From: Cyanophora paradoxa CCMP329 | Taxonomy: Eukaryota > Plantae > Glaucophyta | Assembly (NCBI GenBank): GCA_004431415.1 | Contig: QPMI01000072.1 | Location: forward strand, 50,113-114,112 | Length of the DNA stretch: 64,000 nt | Reading direction: 5' to 3' | Shown: in pieces, positions 23,826-37,142 of the stretch | How the letters are laid out: each line of letters opens with the position of its first letter | How positions within the stretch are numbered: the stretch's first letter is position 1 | Notes under the pieces: model-generated | What the model was told of the DNA's origin: nothing | Database searches by the model: none | Seen by the model: only the letters and a program-made list of their open reading frames with translations | Position numbers and translations under genes: made by a program

Positions 23826-26800
23826 CGAGCTCGGCCGCGGCGGCGGCGGCGGGGCCGGCCCACGGGACGGAGGCGGCGAGGGGCGAGTCGCGGAGGAGCG
23901 GCGTCGCGGCGGCGCGGCGGTGGGCCTCGGCGAGGCGCCGCTCGTGCGTGGCGCGCTGCAGGAGGGCCGCCAGGGGCCCCCAGCGCGCCGGCGCGCCCTC
24001 CGCCGCGAGGAGCGCGTCGGCGGCGGGCGGTGGCCGGCGAGGAGGAGCGAGGAGAGGAGCGCCGCCGCCGCGCGGCAGAGCCCGGGCGTCCCCGCCTCGT
24101 CCCGCACCGCCTCCAGGCACTGCGGCCCGCGTCGGCGCGGCCCCGAGAGGCGGGGCGGGGCGGGGCGGCGCGGCGCGCACCACCTCGGTCAGGGGAAGCG
24201 AGTCGAGGGCGGCGCGCAGCTTGGCGGGGGCGGCGGGCCCGCCGGGGACCCACGAAGCCGCCACGTAGTTCGCGACGCACGCGAGCGCCTCCTGCCGCAC
24301 CGCGGCGCACTCGCGCGCGTCCCCGGCGCGGGCCGCGGCGGCGCGGAGCCAGCCCGGGGCCGGGCCCTCCTCCCCGTCCAGCCGGTGCGCGGCGGCGAGC
24401 GCCGGCCAGGCGTCGGGCCAGCGGGCGAGCTGGGCGGCGACGGCGCCGGCCAGGGCCCGCACGCGGGCCTCCCGGTCCGACAGGAACGCGAGCGCGGCGC
24501 CCAGGGCCGCCCCGCCGCACTCCGCGACGAGCGCGCCGGGGCTCCGGAGGCCGCGTCCCGCTCCGGGGCCGCCGCGAGGGCCGCGAGGACCGCCCCCAGC
24601 GCCGCCCGCACGAGGTGCTTGTCGCGGAAGGCGTCCCCGTGGGCCGGCGCGTCCCGCGCCAGCAGCGTCAGCGCCCCGCGCAGCACCGCCGGCGCCGCCG
24701 TCCACCACCGGTCGGCCCGCCAGGCCGCCCCGCCGCCAGAGCCGCCAGCAGCTCGGCCGCGCGCACGCGGGCCGCAGCGGCGGTCGGGGAGGCGGCGGCG
24801 GGGGAGGAGGGCGGCGGCGGCGGCGCCAGGAAGCCGTCCGCGAGGGCGGCGGCGAGCGGCGAGTCGTTGAGCAGGAGGGCGGCGGGGCGGGGCGTCCCGC
24901 GGGCGCCGGATTTGCAAGCAGCCTTCGGAGGAAGACGAGCGCCGCCAGCTGGAGCCGCTCGCGCGCGGCGTGCGCGGCCGAGGCGGCCGCCAGGCGCGCC
25001 CGCGCCGACTCGTGAGCCGGCGAGGCGGCGGGGAGGGGCCGGCCCGGCGCCAGCAGCGGGACCAGCGTGTCGCACGCCGCGGAGAGGATGAGCCGGGCCT
25101 TGGAGGCAGGCAGGCCGGCCGCCGGGTCGCAGAGGGTCCCCAGAACGCGAAGCAGGGCGGCCAAGAGCTCTCGTCGGCCGGCGTGCTCGGCGCCACGCTC
25201 AGGAAGCTGCGGGCCGGTCAGCGGCTCCGCCGCGGGGCGCACGGCGCGAAAGGCGCACCGGCGGAAGGCGTCGGCCACGTCGCGGCGGCGAAGGCGCGGG
25301 CGGCGGCGGGGTCGGCCTCGCAGAGGGCCCGAGGCGTCCCAGCGCCGCCGCGCAGTCGGCGTGCGCCGCGGCGCCGGCGGCCGCGTCCAGCGCCGCGCGG
25401 ACGGCCGACGGCGGGTGCAGGCGCGCCATGGCCAGGGTCCCGTCCCGCTCCTCGGGCGTGAGAGCCCCCGCGACGGCCTCGCCGGCCGCCGCCGCCGCCG
25501 CCGCCGATCTGAGGGCGCCGGAAAGGCCCCCGACCCGCTCCAGGTGCCAGGCCGCCGCGAGGGCGCGCGCGAGGCGCGGGCTCGCGGGGGGTACGGCGCC
25601 CTCCGCGGGGCCCCGCAGCGCGCAGGGCCGCACGGCAAACGCGAATCGGAAGGCCGCCGCGAGGGGCGCCGGGAGGGGCAGGCCGGCCCAGGGCCCCGGG
25701 GCGTCGGACCCCTCCAGGGCCTCCCGGGCGAAGAGGGCGGGGGTACGGCATCCGCGGGCCCTCGCCTCTTCGTCGTCCGAGAAGAGGGCCCACGCCAGGG
25801 CGGCCGAGGCCTCGCGCCGTACCCCCGTGTGCGGGTGGAACACGTCTACGGAGGAAAGCCGGTTAAACAAGGCAGGAAAGGGGACAGGGAAGAGGAGCGC
25901 ACATGGTACGAGGGCACGAAGGGACTCGTGCTCGTCTCTGAGGGTACGGCGTACCCCCGGGAGGAGCCGGCACAGCGAGGAAAGGACCGAGGCTGCGGGG
26001 CCCTCGGCGCCGGCCCGATCGCCGCCCCGCGCGGCCGCGGCCGCCTCACGCTGCGATCAGAGCATAAGCGGGGATATGTAGGAAGGGATAGCACAGAGAA
26101 GAGGGAACGGGCGCACGAGGTCAGCGAGGGCCGAGCGGAAGAGAGACTCGTCCGCAAAGGCGGCGCTGAAGCGCGGGTCTGCGGGCGGGGTGTGTGAGCG
26201 AGCGAGAGGGGTACATAGACGCCGGCGGGGGCGGGCGTACCGCGTAGGGCGAGCGCGAGCTGCTCGGCGGCCGCGCGGCGCAGCTCGGGATCGAGGGCCG
26301 CCCCCTGGTAGATCCGCTGGAGCTTAGCAAACTCGGAAGCCTGGAACGAGCCCGCCGGCCCGCGCGCCGCCGGTCCCTCGTCGAACTCGTCGCCGGGGGC
26401 GTCCGCGTCGAGAAGAGAGCCGAACGGATCCCTCAGGCGCCGCCCTAGCCGCACGCGGTCCTGTGCGGGCACAGGGTCGGAAACGCGGGGCTGGCCGGGG
26501 GGGGGGGGGGGGGGGGGGGGAGGGGGGGGGGGAGGGGGGGGGAGGGGGGGGGAGGGGCGGCGGGAGCGCACGTGGCCGTCCAGAGCGTCGAGGAAGTCAA
26601 GGGCCGCCGGCTCGGCGAGCCGCAGCGCCTCGGCCGCCTCCCGCCGGGCCCTGCCGCGGGGAATGGGAACACGGAACAGGGGAAGGGTGGAGGGGCGGGG
26701 CGCTCGCACCACTCGGCGCCGGAGAAGAGCGCGCGCATGAGGTGGCGGAGCCGATCCGGGGCGGAGAGGCGCTGCTCCAGGGCGCGCGCGAGGCGCCCGA

Positions 26801-27500
26801 AGGGTCCCGGCAGCGCAGCGCGGTTCTCGAAACCGTCGTCCTCCGCCGCCTCTCCCGCAGCGCGGGCCAGGATCCAGGCGTCAAGCGGGCCCAGCGCCGC
26901 GGCCAGGCGGCCCGCCCCGTCGAGCCGCTCGGCGGCCGCGAGGACGAGTGCGGAGGCGGCGGCGGCGGCGGCCGGCTCCAGATCGTCGAGGCCGCGGGAG
27001 AGGAGGTGAAAGAGCAGATCGCCCCCCAGGGCCACCTCCCAGAGGCCCGGCGGCGCCGGCCCATCCAGCAGCGCGTTTCGCAGGCGCCCGTAGGCCGCGG
27101 CCCGCACGCGCCCGTGCGGGAAGGACAGAGCTGCAAGGACCGCCTCCGCGGCCGCCGCCGGGTCATCCCGCTGCGCCTCGCCGGCGGCCCGCAGGAGCGC
27201 GTCCAGGACGGGTACCGCCCTCTCCGGCTGGTACTGGAGGCCGTGCAGCCACTCGCGGGCCCGCGCGATGGGCGCGCGCTGCGGTCCCTCGTCCAACGCC
27301 GCGGATTCGCGGGCCGCCGCCAGGACGCGCCGGCCGTACTCCATCTCCTGCAGTGCGCGTTGGGCACAGCTAGCTGCACGTAGGGCGGAGCAGGAGGCGG
27401 CAGCGCACGTCGACCGAGGCCGGGCCGAGGCGGCGGAGGACCAGGAGGAGCGCGTCATGCAGCTGAGGGCGGGCCGCCCCAACGTACTCGTCTGCCGGCG
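23826..27500 (-). pseudogene. Partial rotatin duplicate B (matches about 31760-35352)
   Basis: Collinear high-identity copy of central rotatin exons and introns; no N- or C-terminus. Confidence 0.85.
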
Positions 27501-28060
27501 CTTCGGTCCTCGTTGCGCGATGAGATCCAGCGGGCGACGGGCGATGACAGTGGGCGGATGACGCCGTATCGATCGTAGAAGGGTCCGGACGCCGCCACGC
27601 CGTCGGCAGGGGCCGCCGGGCGGCCTGCAGCTGCTCAGACGCCCGACAGCCATCGCCGGCGCCGCCGCCAACATGCAGAGGCGCCGGCTCAGGCACGGCG
27701 GGCTGGGCCGCCTGGGCGCTTCGCTGGGCGCTTGCCTGATCGACGTACAAAAGACTACCAGAGGTAAGGACGCAGAAATGCGGCCAATAAGAACGATCAA
27801 CGTCTGACGTTACCCATGACGAGCTCGAGCGAGGCCTCGCCAGGTGCTAGGTGCTTTGTGTATGTACCCCAAGCCAGTTATCTTTACATTGTACCCGCCT
27901 GCGGTTCTCCCACAGCTGTCCTTTTGCTTGCGCTCCGCCGCTGTCATCATTTCCCGCCAACTGCAAATTGGGCTGACAAGTAAACAGGAGCGTCCACCAG
28001 ATAGCCGACGCTTCCGAAAAGTAGCTCCTCGTATTCGAAGTTGGGCGCAGTTCTCAGAAT

Positions 28061-28403
28061 ATGGCAGAATCCTCGCAGGTGCGCGCAGAATCCCTGTCTC
28101 CTGACACGTTGCTGATGAGTGTGCAGGAAGGAAGTCCTGATGTTGGCCAGAAGGTGGCCGCCCTTGAGAACATTGTTCGCAGCCTGCAGGAGCGGGCCGA
28201 CGCGGCAGAGAAGCGGGCCGAGGGCGAAAGACAGCGGGCCGAAGCCGCAGAGAAGCGGGCCGAGGGCGAAAGACGGCGGGCCGAAGCTGCAGCGAAGCGG
28301 GCTCAGGGCGAAAGACAGCGGGCCGAGGCCGCAGAGGAGCGGGCCCAGGGCGAAAGACAGCGGGCCGAGGCCGCAGCGAAAGAGATCGACCGCTTGGCGA
28401 AGG
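28061..28403 (+). CDS. Heptad coiled-coil exon, copy B; probably a gene fragment
   Basis: Near-identical to 22721-23063 with repeat units in a different order; followed by short cag/gtgcg-bounded exons up to about 28900. Confidence 0.45.
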
Positions 28404-29537
28404 TGAGAGTGTGCGCCCCAGCTTCGTCTCGGTTGCGCGTGCATCTTATCTGCCGATGCAGAACCCCCTCGCCTTCCTCTTCCCTCGAAAATCCGTCCCT
28501 GACGAATGCCGGGCTCTCCTGCGCTCTTGACAGGGGCGGCGTCAGGCCGGGAGCTGGCCCCGCCGCCGCCTGTGCGCCCTACCCCTCCCCTTGCCGCCGC
28601 ACCCCTCTGACAGCCCGCCCCCCCGCAGACCGCGATCTCTGCTCCCTCTCCCAGCAGGTGGTGCGCCGTACCCCCTCTCACATCTCGTACCCCCGCCCAC
28701 GCCGCCGCAGCTGCTTGGGGCGCGCATGGCGGCGGCCGACCTGGCGCTCCTACGGCCCCTCTCCGCCGCCGCCGAGCGCCCGAGGGCCCTCCTTGCGGGG
28801 CGCCGCGGTGCGGCGCCGAGCGCCGCCGCCCTCGCCACTGCCGCGCGGGAGGCGGCCGCGGCGCCCCGGCGCAGGCTGCGCTGCTCCGCGCCCTCCTCCC
28901 TGTCAGCCGGCGGGCGCGGCGGACGGGGCGGAGGCGCGGCGGGCGGCCGCGCGGCTCGTCGGGCGGGGCGGATCCGGGAGGCACGGCGGGTGGCGGCGCG
29001 GCGCGCAGGGCATATTGTCTCATTCGAAATCCCCGCAGGGGGGGGGGGGGTCTTCTGGCTGGCTTGACCCTGATCTGGGGTGTGCGCACAGAGCTCGTAG
29101 GCTATGTCGGCATCGGTGGTCGGGAGATGGGCAGTCTTGGCCCCTCGAATTCCTCCTCATTGAATTGTGTCGTTTCCTTCTTCTCTGTTTTCGCGGCACG
29201 TAGAACTTGGAGAGGTCTGTTCGACTTCAACCTGCAATCTACTGTAGACCTGGTGATACTTGCAGTGATTGCAATTCTCTTCGGTTAACACTTGCAATGA
29301 TCATGATAGCAAATGCACACTGTTCCCACGAGGGGGCAGGCGCGTTAGCTCGTAAGGCTCCGAGGCTCACGTTCACGTGCGGACGAGAGGGGGTCGCGGG
29401 TGCACTTGCCGCGCCGCTGCGAGGGACGACGTCACGCTCGAAGGCCGGAGATCAATTGCACATGCCGCAGTGCACGACCTAGAGAACCCGCCAAATCTAA
29501 CTGAACGCAGCGACCGGCCGCCGCCCCGCGCCTGGGC

Positions 29538-32500
29538 TCAGGCGGCGGCGGCGGAGCGGGCGTCGAGCAGGTCGATGAGCACCGAAACGCTCTCCAGCGC
29601 CGCCGCCGCCGCCGCCTCCTCCTCCTCCTCCGCCCCCTCGCCGCCCCCGCGCCGCCCCCCGCGGGCATCGCGCAGCAGCGCCCGCCCCTCCCCGCCGGCC
29701 CCCTCCCCGCCCTCCTCCTCCTCCTCCTCCTCCTCCTCGCGCAGGGCGGCGGCGGCGGGCCGCTGCGACAGCTCCGCCTCGAGGGCGAGGAGGGTCCGCC
29801 CCACGCCGGCGCCCTTCAGCGCCACCTTCACCTGAGTGGATAAGACGGGTGAGACGCCGCTCGGAGCTTCAGATCTGAGGCGGGGCGGGCGGGGCCCGGG
29901 CGTGCCTTCTGGTTGTTGTAGACAAGGGCCCAGAGGGCACCGGCCGCGAGGGCGCAGAGGCGCGCGCTGCCGCCCCGCACCATCGCCAGCAGCCGCGGCA
30001 GCGCCATCTCTGAGGGGGGGTAGAGGAAGAAGAAGTCAGAAGAGGTGGGGATGGGGTGGGGGGGAAGGAACGAGGGAGGGGTACGGGCCGGGGGCGAGGA
30101 TGTGGGGCTTGGCCTCCTGAAGGAACGCGAGGTTGCGGAGCAGGAGGGCGGCCCCCGCCCGCAGCGCGAGCCGCAGCGCCGCCGGCGCCCCGCGCCGCTC
30201 CTCCAGCAGCTCCACCGCGTGCCCCACCAGCCCTGCGGGGGGAGAGGGGTACGCCGTCAGCGGGGCGAACGAAGCGGGGGGGGGGGGCGGGGCTTGGGGT
30301 ACCCGGGGTGCGGACGATGGCGAGCTGGCCCTCGTGGGAGAAGGCTAAGTTGCCGAGGAAGTGGAGGAGGGCCGCCTGCCTCGCGGCGGCCGCCGGCACG
30401 CCCTCCCCGCCCCCCGCCGCCACCGACGAGGCCGAGAGCGACTCCGGAGGGGCGCCGGGGGCGCCGGGGCGGCGGCGGCGGCGGCGACGCGGGGGGCGCG
30501 CTCGCGGGCGAGGCGGTCGAGGGCGGCGGCGCAGTCGGCGAGGAAGGCCGTGCGCGCGAGGGCGGCGCGGAACTCGGGCACGAGGGCCATCGAGGCGAGC
30601 GCCGCGAAGGCCGCCCGGTGCGCCGCCACGCCGAGCCGCGCCCGCCCGCGAGCTGCAGCAGCAGCGCCGCCGCCGAGGGCGCCGCCGGGCTCGGCCGCGC
30701 CGCCGACGCGGAGGAGTGGAGCAGCAGCGCCCGCGTCGCCTCGGGGCAGCGCGCCGCGAGGTTCGCCACCAGGCCCAGCAGCTCCACCTGGGGGGTGGAG
30801 TCGGATCAGATCGGTCGCTCAGATCAGATCAGATCAGATCAGATCTGAGCGGACCTGGAGGGCCTCGCCCTCGCGGGCGGCGAGGGGCCAGAGCCGCTCG
30901 AGCAGCGCGGAGACGCGGAGGGCGAGGAGGGCGGCCTTGGCCTCCTGGGAGCCGGCCGCGAGGTTCTTGAGGAGGGCGAGCGAGAGCACGAGCTCCGCGA
31001 CGGCCGCCCCGTGCCGCAGCGCCCCCTCGCCGCCCCACTCGCCGCCCCCGCCGCCCCCGCCGGGGCCCAGCGACGAGGCCACCGCGTGCGCCTCCTCGGC
31101 CGCCGCGATGAGCGCGGCCGGCAGGCCCGCCTCGAGCGCCGCCCGCGTGCCCGTGCGCGAGGCCGCCAGCACGTTCACCAGCGCCCCCGCGATGGCGGCG
31201 CGGGTGCGGAGCTGCCCGCGGTCCGGAGCCGCCCCGTCCAGCGCGCTCCGCGACGCCCCGTAGAGCCGCACCAGCCGCCCCGAGAGCCGCGCGCCAAGCT
31301 CCCCGCCGCCTCTGCCGCCGCCCCGCCGCCGCCCCCGCCCGCGCTCTCGGACGACGGCTGAGGCCGGGGCCGAGGCTCCGCCTCCTCGGCCTCCTTTCCG
31401 TCGAGGACGCGGCGCATGGCCGCGTCGGCCCCGGCGGTGAGCGTCGCGACGAGCTGGCAGGCCGCCAGCTGCGCCCGCGGGTCGCGCCCCTCCAGAGCCG
31501 CGCAGGCCCCGCGGAGCAGCGCGGGGGCCGCCGCCGGGCCGGCCTCGGCGAGGGCGGCGCCGGCCTCCGGGCAGCGGTGGAGCAGGTTCCCGACGAGGGC
31601 CGCCAGCGGCGCGCGCGCCTCGGCCCCGCACGCGGCCTCGCCCAGCGCCCCCGCCGCGCTCGCCAGCAGCGGCGTCCGCTGCGCCACCGCCGCCCGCAGC
31701 GCCGCCCGCCCCGCCGGAGCGCCTCGTCCGCCAGCGCCGCCAGCGCCGCGCGGAGCCCGCCGAGCTCGGCCGCGGCGGCGGCGGCGGGGCCGGCCCACGG
31801 GACGGAGGCGGCGAGGGGCGAGTCGCGGAGGAGCGGCGTCGCGGCGGCGCGGCGGTGGGCCTCGGCGAGGCGCCGCTCGTGCGTGGCGCGCTGCAGGAGG
31901 GCCGCCAGGGGCCCCAGCGCGCCGGCGCGCCCTCCGCCGCGAGGAGCGCGTCGGCGGCGGGGCGGTGGCCGGCGAGGAGGAGCGAGGAGAGGAGCGCCGC
32001 CGCCGCGCGGCAGAGCCCGGGCGTCCCCGCCTCGTCCCGCACCGCCTCCAGGCACTGCGGCCCGCGTCGGCGCGGCCCCGAGAGGCGGGGCGGGGCGGGG
32101 CGGCGCGGCGCGCACCACCTCGGTCAGGGAAGCGAGTCGAGGGCGGCGCGCAGCTCGGCGGGGCGGCGGGCCCGCCGGGGACCCACGAGGCCGCCACGTA
32201 GTTCGCGACGCACGCGAGCGCCTCCTGCCGCACCGCGGCGCACTCGCGCGCGTCCCCGGCGCGGGCCGCCGCGGCGCGGAGCCAGCCCGGGGCCGGACCC
32301 TCCTCCCCGTCGGGCCGGTGCGCGGCGGCGAGCGCCGGCCAGGCGTCGGGCCAGCGGGCGAGCTGGGCGGCGACGGCGCCGGCCAGGGCCCGCACGCGGG
32401 CCTCGCGGTCCGACAGGAACGCGAGCGCGGCGCCCAGGGCCGCCCCGCCGCACTCCGCGACGAGCGCGCCTGGGCTCCGGGAGGCCGCGTCCCGCTCCGG

Positions 32501-35500
32501 GGCCGCCGCGAGGGCCGCCAGGACCGCCCCAGCGCCGCCCGCACGAGGTGCTTGTCGCGGAAGGCGTCCCCGTGGGCCGGCGCGTCCCGCGCCAGCAGCG
32601 TCAGCGCCCCGCGCAGCACCGCCGGCGCCGCCGTCCACCACCGGTCGGCGCGCCAGGCCGCCCCCGCCGCCAGAGCCGCCAGCAGCTCGGCTGCGCGCAC
32701 GCGGGCCGCGGCGGCGGTCGGGGAGGCGGCGGCGGGGCGGAGGGCGGCGGCGGCGGGGCCAGGAAGCCGTCCGCGAGGGCAGCGGCGAGCGGCGAGTCGT
32801 TGAGCAGGAGGGCGGCGGGGCGGGGCGTCCCGCGGGCGCCGGGGTCGCAAGCAGCCTTCGAAGGAAGACGAGGGCCGCCAGCTGGAGCCGCTCGCGCGCG
32901 GCGTGCGCGGCCGAGGCGGCCGCCAGGCGCGCCCGCGCCGACTCGTGGGCCGGCGAGGCGGCGGGGAGGGGCCGGCCCGGCGCCAGCAGCGGGACCAGCG
33001 TGTCGCACGCCGCAGAGAGAATGAGCCGGGCCTTGGAGGCCGGCAGGCCGGCCGCCGGGTCGCAAAGGCTCCACAGAACGCGAAGCAGGGCGGCCAAGAG
33101 CTCCTCGTCGGCCGGCGTGCTCGGTGCCACGCTCAGGAAGCTGCGGGCCGGTCAGCGGCCGAGCGGCGGGGCGCACGGCACGAAAGGCGAACCGGCGGAA
33201 GGCGTCGGGCCACGACGCGGCGGCGAAGGCGCGGGCGGCGGCGGGGTCGGCCTCGCAGAGGGCCCGAGGCGCCCCAGCGCCGCCGCGCAGTCGGCGTGCG
33301 CCGCGGCGCCGGCGGCCGCGTCCAGCGCCGTGCGGACGGCCGAGGGCGGGTGCAGGCGCGCCATGGCCAGGGTCCCGTCCCGCTCCTCGGGCGTGAGGGC
33401 CCCGCGACGGCCTCGCCGGCCGCCGCCGCCGCCGATCGGAGGGCGCCGGGAAGGCCCCGACCCGCTCCAGGTGCCAGGCCGCCGCGAGGGAGCGCGCGAG
33501 GCGCGGGCTCGCGGGGGGTACGGCGCCCTCCGCGGGGCCCCGCAGCGCACACGGCCGCACGGCGAAGGCGAATCGGAAGGCCGCCGCGAGGGGCGCCGGG
33601 AGGGGCGGGCCGGCCCAGGGCCCCGGGGCGTCGGACCCCTCCAGGGCCTCCCGGGCGAAGAGGGCGGGGGTACGGCATCCGCGGGCCCTCGCCTCCTCGT
33701 CATCCGAGAAGAGGGCCCACGCCAGGGCGGCCGAGGCCTCGCGCCGTACCCCCGTGTGCGGGTGGAACACGTCTACGGAGGAAAGCCGGTTAAAAAAGGC
33801 AGGAAAGGGGACAGGGGAGAGGCGCGCACAGGGTACGAGGGCACGAAGGGACTCGGGCTCGTCTCTGAGGGTACGGCGTACCCCCGGGAGAAGCCGGCAC
33901 AGCGAGGAAAGGACCGAGGCTGCGGGGCCCTCGGCGCCGGCCCGATCGCCGCCCCGCGCGGCCGCGGCCGCCTCACGCTGCGATCAGAGCATAAGCAGGG
34001 GTAGTGGGAAGCAGGGAGTGGGCACGAGCGCACGAGGTCAGCGAGGGCCGAGCGGAAGAGAGACTCGTCCGCAAAGGCGGCGCTGAAGCGCGGGTCTGCG
34101 GGCGGGGAGCGTGAGCGAGCGAGAGGGGTACATAGACGCCGGCGGGGGCGGGCGTACCGCGTAGGGCGAGCGCGAGCTGCTCGGCGGCCGCGCGGCGCAG
34201 CTCGGGATCGAGGGCCGCCCCCTGGTAGATCCGCTGGAGCTTGGCGAACTCGGAAGCCTGGAACGAGCCCGCCGGCCCGCGCGACGCCGGTCCCTCGTCG
34301 AACTCGTCGCCGGGGGCGTCCGCGTCGAGAAGAGAGCCGAAGGGGTCCCTCAGGCGCCGCCCCAGCCGCACGCGGTCCTGTGGGGGTACAGGATCAAAAA
34401 CGCGGGGCGGGAGGGGGGTACGGGAGCGCACGTGGCCGTCCAGAGCGTCGAGGAAGTCGAGGGCCGCCGGCTCCGCGAGCCGCAGCGCTTCTGCCGCCTC
34501 CCGCCGGGCCCTGCCGCAAGGAATGGGTATACAGAACAGGAACGATAGGGTGGAGATGCGGGGCGCTCGCACCACTCGGCGCCGGAGAAGAGCGCGCGGA
34601 TGAGATGGCGGAGCCGGTCCGGGGCGGAGAGGCGCTGCTCCAGGGCGCGCGCGAGGCGCCCGAAAGGTCCCGGCAGCGCCGCGCGGTTCTCGAAGCCGTC
34701 GTCCTCCGCCGCCTCTCCCGCGGCGCGGGCCAGGATCCAGGCGTCAAGCGGGCCGAGTGCCGCGGCCAGGCAACCCGCCCCGTCGAGCCGCTCGGCGGCC
34801 GCGAGGACGAGTGCGGAGGCGGCGGAGGCGGCGGCCGGCTCCAGATCGTCGAGGCCGCGGGAGAGGAGGTGGAAGAGCAGATCGCCCCCCAGGGCCACCT
34901 CCCAGAGGCCCAACGGCGCCGGCCCATCCAGCAGCGCGTTTCGCAGGCGCCCGTAGGCCGCGGCCCGCACGCGCCCGTGCGGGAAGGACAGAGCTGCAAG
35001 GACCGCCTCCGCGGCCGCCGCCGGGTCGTCCCGCTGCGCCTCGCCGGCGGCCCGCAGGAGCGCGTCCAGGACGGGTACCGCCCGCTCCGGCTGGTACTGG
35101 AGGCCGTGCAGCCACTCGCGGGCCCGCGCGATGGGCGCGCGCTGCGGTCCCTCGTCCAACGCCGCGGACTCGCGGGCCGCCGCCAGGACGCGCCGGCCGT
35201 ACTCCATCTCCTGCGGTGCGCGTTTGGCACAGCGGGGCGGAGCAGGAGGCCGCGGCGCACGTCGACCGAGGCCGGGTCGAGCCTGCGGAGGACCGGGAGG
35301 AGCGCGCCGCGCAGCTGAGGCCTGGCCGCCCCCACGTACTCGTCTGCCGGCGGGCGCCCGCGTAAGGCCGACGCGGAGCGGAGAAAGCGAGCGAGCGGAC
35401 CGAGGGCTAGAGCCGAGTAGAGGCGCAGCAGGTCGCCCGGCGCCGCCTCGGTCTGCCAGCGCTCCGGGACGGCCGAGAGCAGGTCCAGCGTCCAGTGGAC

Positions 35501-37142
35501 GGCCGGCGCAAGGAGCGGCTCGGCCGCCACCGCCGCCGCCCCGTCCCCGGCGCCGTGCTCCGCGATGGCCTCGGCTGCGGCCACCAGGTACCCGCGCACA
35601 CGCGTCGCCTCGTCGCCCGCCTCTCGCTCGCCGCAACCGGGGGCCAGGCCCCGAAGCCGGGGCACCGCAAAAGGAAGAAGGGCACGGAGGGCAGCAAGAG
35701 CCGGGGCGAGGAGGGCGGCCTGTCGGAGGGCCGGGAGGACGGCGGAGATGCAGAGGTGGGCGGCGGTCTCGAGGCCCATGGCGGGCTCGCCGCCGGCGGA
35801 GGGCGGCGGCGCAGCCAGGAGAGCCTCCACTGACTGCTGTGCGATGCGCTTGCTGGAGATGGCTCGCTGCGAGGCCGCACGGCGAACGCTGGGGTAGTGT
35901 AGCTCCTCGGCCGCCCCGGCCGTGGCGTCGCGCGGCCCCTCCTCGCCCTCCCGCGCCGGGAGGCGGTACCCCGGCTCGCACAGGAAGCGCAGGCTGGCGG
36001 CCCAGCCGCGCGCAACCGCCTCCACACACCGCAGCGCCTCCGTCCGCACCGCCGCCGCCGCCTCCGCGCCGGCCGCGGCGCCGCCGCCCGTGCGCAGCGT
36101 CGCGAGGATAGCCTGCGGCGCGGGCGCGTCAGCGGCGCCGAGAAGCGGGCGGGGCGCGGGGTGGAGGGCGGACCGAGAGCAGATCGGCGCCGCAAGGCTG
36201 GAGCAGGACTTCGGAGGGGAGCGCGGGCAACACGTGGGCGCGGAGGGCCGCGAGGGCGTCCGCCACGAGGCCCGAGTCGGTCATCTTTAGGCGCACCTCC
36301 CACTCGAGGAGCCACTGGTCGTCCGCCCGCGTCGTGTGGACGTGCGGGTACGTCAGCCGGTCCTGCGTTCCCACGCGCTCCGAACGCCGGCCGGCGGCGC
36401 CCGCCACCGTCCTTTCGACGAAGCGCGGATCGTACTTCGGCGCCGTCGCGGCGAGCACTTCGTAGATGCCCTCCCGCCCGCTGCTCGCCGCTCCGGGGGT
36501 GAAGAGCGCTGCCGCTGACGTGCTGCTGAACGGAGCTATGGGCGACGCCGCGTCGTGAAGCGGTAACGTGGGCTCGGGGACGGGCTGCGGCGGCTGCGGC
36601 GCTGTGCTCGCGCGGCCGCGCGGAGAAGCAGAGGACGAAGAGGTCGGCCAGCCATCGGCGCGGCTGGTCGCCGAAGTAGCCGCCGCCACGGGCCTCGGCT
36701 CCTGCTCGCCCTTCGGACGCGCCTCGGGCGCGAACGCTGACATGGGCGACCGGAGGAGGAGCGCCTGGATGGCGTCCAGCCGCCCCTGCAGCTCCGGCGG
36801 CGCCCCCGCACGGTACTCGTCAAAGAACTGCATCCCTCCTATCCTAATGAAGCCGGCGGCACCGGCTGGCTCCTGCGTGAGGGCCAGTGAGGAAGCGGCT
36901 CGCGCATGGCGGCGACCGCGGGACCGCACCGCCGCGAGCAATTCGATGAGCCTTAGCGCCTCGGTCTCACAGGTGCAGTCGTCGTGGTTGAACCACTCCA
37001 GGAGGTGCACGAAGGCCGCATCGAGCTGGACGAGCTCCGACGCGGCGGCGAGCCCGTTCTCGAGCTTGAAAAGCAGGCTCTTGAGTGCGCGCACCCTGAC
37101 GTCGCGCAGCTGGTGCGCCAGCTTCGCCACCAGCGCCTCCAT
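29538..37142 (-). CDS. RTTN: Rotatin (ARM/HEAT-repeat centriole/basal-body protein); several apparent 1-nt indels in the central GC-rich exons
   Basis: N-terminus MEALVAKLAHQLRDVRVRALKSLLFKLENGL...FVHLLEWFN matches the rotatin N-terminal signature (KLxHxLxxxRxRALKS...HLLEWFN) as I recall it; long Ala/Leu helical repeats; last exon ends LIDLLDARSAAAA* at 29538. Confidence 0.88.

Noticed and set aside
30000-33700. Frame changes inside rotatin exons read as programmed frameshifting or pseudogenisation
   Set aside because: The indels lie mostly in G/C runs and differ between copies; long-read consensus error is the simpler explanation and cannot be resolved without reads
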